DNA of 58,282 nucleotides from an uncultured Alphaproteobacteria bacterium (GTDB lineage Bacteria; Pseudomonadota; Alphaproteobacteria; Caedimonadales; UBA9215): NCBI GenBank assembly GCA_963974885.1, contig CAXBEY010000003.1, positions 1 to 58,282 of the forward strand, read 5' to 3'. Shown piece by piece: positions 51,341 to 58,282 of this stretch (position 1 is its first letter; each line of letters starts with the position of its first letter). The notes under the pieces were generated by a model. It saw only the letters and a program-made list of their open reading frames with translations, ran no database searches and was not told where the DNA came from. The position numbers and the translations under genes were made by a program.

Positions 51341-52363
51341 ATGACACAGCCTCTTAAAATAGCTATTAACGGATTTGGGCGCATTGGTCGCCTTGTCCTC
51401 AGAGCCCTTATTGAGCGCCAAGCAACGGACTGTCAGGTTGTTGCCCTTAATGATCTCTCACCACCGGAAACCAACGCCCACCTTTTTAAGTACGATTCCA
51501 TCCATGGTCTTTACCCTGAGCCTGTTGTGCTCTGTGCTGAAACAGGAACGAGCCTTGATGTCGGACACGGAGAAATCAAACTTTTTCAAGAGCGCGATCC
51601 GGCCAAACTGCCTTGGGGCGCTCTTGGTGTGGACATTGTCTTTGAGTGCTCTGGTGCGTTTACGTCCAAAGAGTCTGCTGGCGCCCACCTCACAGCAGGG
51701 GCTAAAAAAGTTATTATTTCTGCCCCCGCCTCTGGTGTTGATTTGACCGTTGTTTATGGTGTGAACCACCACAAAATTGACGCCAGTCATAATATTATCT
51801 CCAATGCCTCTTGCACCACCAACTGTTTGGCGCCCTTGGCAAAAGTTCTCGAAGAAACCTTTGGTATTGAAAAAGGCTTTATGACAACCATTCATGCCTA
51901 TACGGGGGACCAACGGTTGGTTGACACACACCATAGTGATTTGCACCGTTCACGGGCAGCCGCAACATCCATGATTCCGACATCAACGGGTGCTGCAAGA
52001 GCCGTTGGTCTTGTCCTTCCAGAGCTTAAAGGCAAAATTGATGGTACCGCTATTCGGGTTCCCCTTGCCAATGTTTCTGTGGTGGACTTTAAATTTACGT
52101 CAAAGAAAAAAACAACCCCCGAAGAAATTAACACGGCTCTAAAAGCGGCGGCTTCAACACACCTGTCTGGTATTCTTGAGACAAATGAGCTTCCCCTTGT
52201 TTCCATTGATTTCAATCATAATCCCCACAGTAGCATTGTAGACCTTGCCCAGACCCAAGTGGTTGAAGGTGACTTTTGTCGGGTTTTATCGTGGTACGAC
52301 AATGAATGGGGCTTTGCAAATCGCATGATTGATACGGCTCGCATTATTGGAAAGTTGCTTTAA
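51341..52363 (+). CDS. gap: Glyceraldehyde-3-phosphate dehydrogenase, type I
   Basis: INGFGRIGR, SNASCTTNCLAP, WYDNEWG. Confidence 0.98.
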   Translation: MTQPLKIAINGFGRIGRLVLRALIERQATDCQVVALNDLSPPETNAHLFKYDSIHGLYPEPVVLCAETGTSLDVGHGEIKLFQERDPAKLPWGALGVDIVFECSGAFTSKESAGAHLTAGAKKVIISAPASGVDLTVVYGVNHHKIDASHNIISNASCTTNCLAPLAKVLEETFGIEKGFMTTIHAYTGDQRLVDTHHSDLHRSRAAATSMIPTSTGAARAVGLVLPELKGKIDGTAIRVPLANVSVVDFKFTSKKKTTPEEINTALKAAASTHLSGILETNELPLVSIDFNHNPHSSIVDLAQTQVVEGDFCRVLSWYDNEWGFANRMIDTARIIGKLL

Positions 52364-52378
52364 AGGAGCGATGCACTC

Positions 52379-52439
52379 ATGGATATAATGTCTGGTATTG
52401 TTGTTTACGTAACCCTCTGGTGGATTACCCTTTTCACAA
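52379..52439 (+). pseudogene. Truncated 5' copy of the DUF1467 gene (61-bp direct repeat)
   Basis: Identical to 55061-55121; follows gap with RBS AGGAG; the frame ends shortly after the repeat. Confidence 0.85.
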
Positions 52440-52447
52440 CGCTTATC

Positions 52448-54733
52448 TCATGATGCAACAGAAGCAGATTCCTCTAGTCGTTTTTTGAAATAAACAATAA
52501 TTTCAGGGTTCTGAGACTGTAATGCGCGCGCAAGCGGCGTCCCATAGACTGGATATGCCTTATTCATGTTTGCACCGTTTTCAAGCAATAGTTGAATAAC
52601 TGATAGTTCTTGTTTATTTATTGCCACTATTATTGAGGGGATGCAAAAAATTCTTTCTAGACCAACATTTCCTTTCTCTAACAAGAGCCTAACAAAATCA
52701 ACATTTCCAGTCTCTATTGCTTCATTAAGGGGAGAGGTATACTTCTCCAGAAAATGCAACATACCCTTCTTTAAAAACACTTCTAAGAGGCTGAAATTTC
52801 TATTTCTACAAATATAGCTATACAAATCCGTAAAAACATCTGCATCACCCGTAAAAGCATCATGACTCATTAAGAGCCCGATGATGTCATCGTGGCCGTA
52901 TTCAATGGCAATACTGATTAGCGATTCAGGCAATAGCCTAACTTTAAAGTTTGAATTGGGGTTAATGCTCGAGTCTAAAAGCTTGCTCACAATTGCAGGG
53001 TAACCGTTGAGGCAGGCCCAGCCTATTAAGTTTCGTTCATCGGCCAATTCATTTTCAATCTTAGCCCCTTTCTTTAATAGAAAGGTAACGATATTAAGGC
53101 GGTTATATTTTACCGCTAAATATAAAGGTGAATGTTTTGAGCTGCCTTCTATGTTGTTAATATCGATAATTTTAGCGTTGATATCTAAAGTGCTGTCGTT
53201 ATCAAAGGCTTGAGATAATTGCTTTAAGTCGCCCGAACATACATATGCAGAGAAGATGTGCTCTGAAATCGTTATCACAAAGGGAGGCGTTTCGCTTTCT
53301 TCTTCTGATTTTACATAGTGATAAAGTCTAGTGATTGGCAAAACCGTTGAAGATTCCGCGCTTAAAATCGTATTTTGGGGAAGAGTCGCATTTGAAAGTA
53401 ATATTTTAGCGACAACTTGAGAAGTCAATTTTTCTAAAGTGCTCTGATAGGCTATAATTCTTGGATCATTACTTGAAAGCCCTCTCCAATATGATTTAAC
53501 ACGCATAGGGCTTTTTGCTGAAAATAAATTCGGGTGAGAAAAAAGCCTTCCTTGAATCGTCCTAAGGTTAAAGTTACCTATAGGCATAGACTGACTAGAA
53601 CGATGAGTGTTTTTAGAAAGTGGCCCGGTCTCTACTGGCATAGTTATTACTCTACGGATCAGTTCTGATACTTGGGCGTTTTCAACATCATAATGCTTAC
53701 CGCCATCAAGACTCACCCCACGACCTAAAGACTCAGACAAGTAGACGTAATTATCAATGCTTCCTTTATCAAAAATAAACTGATATAAACGTCCTCTGTT
53801 TAGCAATGGCAAGGATTCAAACTTTGAAATCAAGGGTTTTATATCTTTGTCTTGTGAAACATCTATTCCAAAATAAGTAAATAGTTTGATTAAAGATCTT
53901 TCGAGCTTAACCTCTCTCTCAGATTTGCCTTCTATAAACAATTGAATCGTATCATCAAAGGCTGTCCCAAAATTTCCAAATAGAAATAAATTTATAGATA
54001 GCGCTTTTTCAGCAAAATCAGAATTATAATTCGCAAGCTCACAGAATGATTCTTTATTTTGTTTTCGTAGTTGCTCATTAATAAAATCTGAAACATTATT
54101 AATACCTGAAAAGGCTTGGTCTATACCACGGCAATCTAACAGACCTTCCCCCTGTAAAATCATGACCTGCTTTCGGAGTTCTGAATATACATCATAAAGC
54201 AAACCGACAACTGGGTGAGCTCCATGATAAGCAAAATCTTTATCTGGAAAGAGCTGCTCTTCCATTAGAGCCTCCACAATAGGAATCACTTTTGGATCAT
54301 TAAAATTCCTTGTTATCTCTAGGTAATCGTTTGAACCAGTTTCTTTGTAAAAGTTAAGGATATTCCTTTTGATACAGTCTTCTTGTGCTGCAGGGTCGAT
54401 CACTAAAAACCGGTCCCCAAGGTACGCTTTTAGATATCCCATACTCTGAGAATAAGGAGACGGAGTGACACTAGGTTGGCTTTCTATGCTAGGGTTGCTG
54501 TTCTTTATTTCCGACATTGCTCGACTATGTCTTACAATGATAGCTTCAATAGAGTTGGTGTGTTTTTTACACCTTAGGGCCTCTACGCCAATCTTATGAG
54601 GCGTTTGCTCATCATCAATATTGCTGGAATGAGAGGGAGCTATCATTAATGCCATTAATGCAATAGCAAAAAGATAGCTACTTTTATTAAAGAGCTTCCT
54701 AATGGGATAATAAAAAGAAATCTTACATTTCAT
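52448..54733 (-). CDS. Ankyrin-repeat protein with an uncharacterised N-terminal domain (putative effector)
   Basis: SPLYLAVKYNRLNIVTFLLKKGA, TSPLNEAIETGNVDFVRLLLEKG, GTPLARA; hydrophobic leader. Confidence 0.85.
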   Translation of the reverse strand: MKCKISFYYPIRKLFNKSSYLFAIALMALMIAPSHSSNIDDEQTPHKIGVEALRCKKHTNSIEAIIVRHSRAMSEIKNSNPSIESQPSVTPSPYSQSMGYLKAYLGDRFLVIDPAAQEDCIKRNILNFYKETGSNDYLEITRNFNDPKVIPIVEALMEEQLFPDKDFAYHGAHPVVGLLYDVYSELRKQVMILQGEGLLDCRGIDQAFSGINNVSDFINEQLRKQNKESFCELANYNSDFAEKALSINLFLFGNFGTAFDDTIQLFIEGKSEREVKLERSLIKLFTYFGIDVSQDKDIKPLISKFESLPLLNRGRLYQFIFDKGSIDNYVYLSESLGRGVSLDGGKHYDVENAQVSELIRRVITMPVETGPLSKNTHRSSQSMPIGNFNLRTIQGRLFSHPNLFSAKSPMRVKSYWRGLSSNDPRIIAYQSTLEKLTSQVVAKILLSNATLPQNTILSAESSTVLPITRLYHYVKSEEESETPPFVITISEHIFSAYVCSGDLKQLSQAFDNDSTLDINAKIIDINNIEGSSKHSPLYLAVKYNRLNIVTFLLKKGAKIENELADERNLIGWACLNGYPAIVSKLLDSSINPNSNFKVRLLPESLISIAIEYGHDDIIGLLMSHDAFTGDADVFTDLYSYICRNRNFSLLEVFLKKGMLHFLEKYTSPLNEAIETGNVDFVRLLLEKGNVGLERIFCIPSIIVAINKQELSVIQLLLENGANMNKAYPVYGTPLARALQSQNPEIIVYFKKRLEESASVAS

Positions 54734-54897
54734 ACTGCATAAAACCTTGAAAAAAAATACAACTATCTATAACTTGTATATGGATACTTTTTTATTTATG
54801 TCAATAAAATAATGTGTGAGATGGAAAAGGGTTGAGGGGGGATTACCCAGGCTCCGTCTCAAATCCTTTACATTTTTAGGGATAAATTGCACTATAA

Positions 54898-55003
54898 TAG
54901 AGGCTTTTCAAAAAGGTTCCAGTCTAGGAAAGAGCGACCGACGACGACCTCTTGTCGTTTAGGAGAGAATGACGACGTCTGGGATTGTTTTGGAACGACT
55001 ATA
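54898..55003. mobile_element. Palindromic element family B
   Basis: Arms TTTTCAAAAAGGTTCCAG / CTGGGATTGTTTTGGAA pair with G-U; central CGAC-CTCTT-GTCG; ends TAG…CTATA. Confidence 0.65.
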
Positions 55004-55060
55004 GGAGAAAATAATGACATCTGGTGTGCCCATTAAAGCACCGTATAAAGAGGAACTAAG

Positions 55061-55303
55061 ATGGATATAATGTCTGGTATTGTTGTTTACGTAACCCTCT
55101 GGTGGATTACCCTTTTCACAATCCTTCCCTTTGGCGCCCACCGTGTTCATTCCCCTGAACGGGGCCATGACCATGGAGCACCTAAAAAATCTTACCTTAA
55201 AATTAAGCTCCTTGTGACAACGGTCATCACAACCTTATTGTGGTTTTTTGTGAATTATTTGATCAGCATTAATTTTATTGATTTTCGAGCAATGGCGGAA
55301 TAA
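55061..55303 (+). CDS. DUF1467 family small membrane protein
   Basis: IVVYVTLWWITLFTILPFG…GHDHGAP…KLLVTT. Confidence 0.85.
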   Translation: MDIMSGIVVYVTLWWITLFTILPFGAHRVHSPERGHDHGAPKKSYLKIKLLVTTVITTLLWFFVNYLISINFIDFRAMAE

Positions 55304-55309
55304 GAGGCC

Positions 55310-56530
55310 ATGACAAGCACTCAGATTATTGATGTCTTTATTGTCCTAACAATGATCCTGAGCTTGTCTTTCATGCTTTCTCCAAGGGTAAGAAATGCCC
55401 CTTTTTGGCGGGCAACGGTTACACCCCTTGCCTCTATTATTGGGAGCGGCTTCCTGATTGCAGCTCCCCTTCTTTGGTCCATTATGGGAGACTATGCAAC
55501 GTTGACCATCATTGTGGTTGTCCTCCTTGCCTATTTTGTTGGGCACGCTGTTCGTTTTAATATCTGCCATGGAGAACCCCTCCTTGCTACGGGGGAGTCC
55601 CGAGAGCTTGGGCGCCAAAATCGTGTGTCCGAGGTGTCCTTAAGCCTTGCCTATTTTATCTCTATTGCTTTTTATGTCAGGCTTCTGAGCTCTTTCCTTC
55701 TCAAAGGTCTAGACATCGTCGACCCTATTGCAGCCAACGCTCTGACAAGTGTGATCCTTCTGTTAAATGGTTTGTATGGTTACTATAGGGGGTTTAAATT
55801 TTTGGAAACCCTTGAGGTTTATGCGGTTACTATAAAGCTGTCTGTTATTGCAGCTCTCCTCATTGGCCTTGCCCTTTATGATTGGCAAGTTCTTGATTTT
55901 ATTCCCATCAGCACCTCAAACCCCGAGGTAACTTTTGATTCCATTAGAAAAATAGCAGGTGTTTTTTTAATGGTGCAAGGCTTTGAAACATCACGGTATT
56001 TAGGACATGAATACTCCCGAGATCTTCGCCTAAAAACCATGAAGCTTGCCCAACTGATTTCCATGGGGATTTATATTCCTTTTATTTTCTTTGTGCTTTA
56101 TGTTATGAAGCCGGAGGTGACCCTTAGCGAAACCGAAATTATAAACACCTCCCATGGCATTACACACCTGTTGGCCTATCTGATTATCTTGGGAGCAGCG
56201 GCCAGTCAATACAGCGCCTCCCTTGCGGACACTATTGGATGCGGTGGATTACTCCACGAGCTCTTTAAAAAGAAATTTCCCCTAAACCTAGGTTACCTTG
56301 TTATTTCAGCTCTTTGCATCGCCCTTGTTTGGCTGGCGAACATTTTTGAGCTTATTACCCTAGCCTCTCGGGCCTTTGCTTTTTATTACTTAACCCAATG
56401 CATAAGTGCTTTTTATATCGCCCGCTATAAAATGGCGTCAAAAAACTCTGGTCAGCAACTGCTCTTCCTTATTCTCTCAGCTCTTATGCTCTTTATCGTC
56501 ACATGCAGTCTGCCAGCAGAAGGAACATAA
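55310..56530 (+). CDS. Multi-pass membrane protein, APC-superfamily-like permease
   Basis: About 12 TM segments; ATVTPLASIIGSGFL and VQGFETSRYLG motifs. Confidence 0.7.
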   Translation: MTSTQIIDVFIVLTMILSLSFMLSPRVRNAPFWRATVTPLASIIGSGFLIAAPLLWSIMGDYATLTIIVVVLLAYFVGHAVRFNICHGEPLLATGESRELGRQNRVSEVSLSLAYFISIAFYVRLLSSFLLKGLDIVDPIAANALTSVILLLNGLYGYYRGFKFLETLEVYAVTIKLSVIAALLIGLALYDWQVLDFIPISTSNPEVTFDSIRKIAGVFLMVQGFETSRYLGHEYSRDLRLKTMKLAQLISMGIYIPFIFFVLYVMKPEVTLSETEIINTSHGITHLLAYLIILGAAASQYSASLADTIGCGGLLHELFKKKFPLNLGYLVISALCIALVWLANIFELITLASRAFAFYYLTQCISAFYIARYKMASKNSGQQLLFLILSALMLFIVTCSLPAEGT

Positions 56531-56537
56531 AATAATG

Positions 56538-56825
56538 TTAGACGCCCTCTCCGTTCTCAATCTCCCGTCTCTCTACCTCGTTGCCTTTGGCTTTTTGTTT
56601 GTCTAACGCATTGAATTTAGCCATTGAAATAAAGGAGCGGCTATTTTTTGGATACACAATACCATCAATATAGGCCTCGTTGCGGGAGCCCTCTAAGGCT
56701 TCAATGAAGCACTTTAAGCGTGTAAAATAGGCCTCATTGTCCAATTCATTATGTCCTTCAATGACAAAATTATGGGATGAATCTCGTAAGATTTTAGCCA
56801 GTTCTGCTCTTGAAAGTTTGGTCAT
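56538..56825 (-). CDS. Hypothetical protein
   Basis: 95-aa ORF with RBS AGGA; fills the intergenic space. Confidence 0.5.
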   Translation of the reverse strand: MTKLSRAELAKILRDSSHNFVIEGHNELDNEAYFTRLKCFIEALEGSRNEAYIDGIVYPKNSRSFISMAKFNALDKQKAKGNEVERREIENGEGV

Positions 56826-57057
56826 GATATTGATTTCCTGTTTAATAAATTTATATTTAACATATATTTATTATAGAAATCAAATTTTTCAGACAAAAAA
56901 AGACAACTAAAAATTATTTTTACTTTTATTTTTTTCTTTTATTTTTCTTTCAACGCCATCTTGAAAGTAATATACATGAGGATGATGAAGAGGATCATCT
57001 TAGTCATAACAGTTCCTTCACTTTTTGATTATGGCATTTCTATAAAAAGCCCCCCCT

Positions 57058-58282
57058 TTACATGTTGGGGTAATTGGGACCGCCTCCCCCTTGCGGGGCC
57101 ACCCAATTAATATTTTGGGTGGGGTCTTTGATATCACAGGTTTTGCAGTGCACACAGTTTTGTGAATTAATCTTGAGAGAATGAGTTCCCTTACTTTCGT
57201 CGGTGATGATTTCATAAACTCCTGCAGGACAATAGCGTGTTTCTGGCGCATCGTATTTTGCAAGGTTAATATCAATAGCCACACTTGGGTCTTTTAACAG
57301 CAAATGGCAGGGCTGATTTTCTGCGTGATTTGTTGAAGAATAAAAAACGTTAGACAAGCGATCAAAGGAAATTTTTCCATCGGGTTTAGGGTAGTCAATT
57401 TTTGGGGCGTCTGCTGCTAATTTTAGGCTTTCATTATCTTTATGATGACCCAAAGTCCAGGGCGAACGCCCTCGTGTGATATAGGTTTCAAAAGCTGCAT
57501 TAACAAGCCCAAGCAGTAACCCCCCTTTAAACCCAGGGCGAATATTACGCACTTTATGGAGCTCTTGTCCAACCCAGCTTTCCCGCAACTTTTGATCATA
57601 AACACCAACCTTAGTAGAGCTTTTATCAACCAAAGACTCAAAGGCCACTTCCGCGGCAATCATCCCTGATTTCATAGCAGTATGAGAGCCTTTGATTTTA
57701 GGGACATTCAAAAAGCCAGCAGCACATCCTATGAGGGAGCCTCCAGGAAAGGTGAGTTTGGGAATGGATTGCCATCCGCCTTCATTGAGAGCTCTTGCCC
57801 CATAGGCCACACGGCGTCCCCTTTCAAAAAGAGGTTGAATTTTTGGATGATGCTTAAAGCGTTGAAAGTCTTGGTAGGGGTTGAGGTGAGGATTTTCATA
57901 ATCAAGACCCACGACAAAACCATAAGCCACTTGAGTGTTCTCCATGTGATACAAAAAGGAGCCCCCATAGGTCTTCACATCCATGGGCCAACCAATGGTA
58001 TGAGTCACAAGGCCTTCTTGATGTTTTTCAGGATCAATCTCCCAAATTTCTTTCAAGCCAATGCCATAGGTTTGGGGCTGCTCTGCCTTAAGGTCAAAGC
58101 GGGAAAAGAGGTCCTTGGTGAGAGAGCCTCGGCAGCCCTCCCCCAGCATCACATGCTTTGCCATAAGTTGTACACCGGGCTCATACTGGTCTGTTTTATT
58201 ACCCTCCTCATCAAGTCCCATGGGCACGGTTTCAACGCCACAGACCTCACCACTGTCCTTAAATAAACACGTTGCAACGGCA
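57058..58282 (-). CDS. Electron transfer flavoprotein-ubiquinone oxidoreductase (5' part runs off the window)
   Basis: GEGCRGSL, YGIGLKEIW, YGARALNEGG, KIKGSHTAMKSG, CPAGVYE, NCVHCKTCDIKDP; the frame is open to the window edge. Confidence 0.96.
   Translation of the reverse strand, partial: AVATCLFKDSGEVCGVETVPMGLDEEGNKTDQYEPGVQLMAKHVMLGEGCRGSLTKDLFSRFDLKAEQPQTYGIGLKEIWEIDPEKHQEGLVTHTIGWPMDVKTYGGSFLYHMENTQVAYGFVVGLDYENPHLNPYQDFQRFKHHPKIQPLFERGRRVAYGARALNEGGWQSIPKLTFPGGSLIGCAAGFLNVPKIKGSHTAMKSGMIAAEVAFESLVDKSSTKVGVYDQKLRESWVGQELHKVRNIRPGFKGGLLLGLVNAAFETYITRGRSPWTLGHHKDNESLKLAADAPKIDYPKPDGKISFDRLSNVFYSSTNHAENQPCHLLLKDPSVAIDINLAKYDAPETRYCPAGVYEIITDESKGTHSLKINSQNCVHCKTCDIKDPTQNINWVAPQGGGGPNYPNM

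Noticed and set aside
56855-56881. dif-like sequence ATTTAACATA-TATTTA-TTATAGAAATC
   Set aside because: It is one base short of the 11-6-11 geometry and lies in very AT-rich DNA, so a chance match is likely.
57682-58266. 194-aa plus-strand ORF, and the many other short overlapping ORFs in the track
   Set aside because: They are antisense or out-of-frame shadows of well-supported genes and carry no recognisable motifs.

Overview
This is a chromosomal segment of an alphaproteobacterium, most likely a Holosporales-like intracellular symbiont. The inference rests on an ATP/ADP translocase, signal-peptide F-box, ankyrin and repeat proteins, dksA-fliX, DUF1467 and CtrA-type boxes. The window is mostly housekeeping genes: msrB, rpiB, gmk, accD, mltG-fabF-acpP, recN-bamD, recG, eno-kdsA-pyrG-secG, mrcA-amiC, rne, hemB, lysS, tkt-gap and a partial ETF-QO. 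It also carries three tRNAs and the SRP RNA. The main unusual signals are as follows. (1) There are three families of TA/TATA-bounded palindromic miniature elements (ERIC/RPE-like). One copy is inserted exactly in frame inside enolase and adds 52 aa, and two others abut the start codons of pyrG and mrcA. (2) A secreted 956-aa protein has 11-12 tandem 36-aa repeats whose variation is concentrated in a 7-residue cassette. (3) A flagellar-hook (FlgE)-derived protein has a Sec-type leader and lacks its polymerisation ends. (4) An orphan lipoprotein fuses TPR repeats to a secretin. (5) An ankyrin gene is bracketed by a perfect 61-bp duplication. (6) There is an oriC-like cluster of DnaA, CtrA and IHF sites. 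All calls were made by eye, and no database searches were run.
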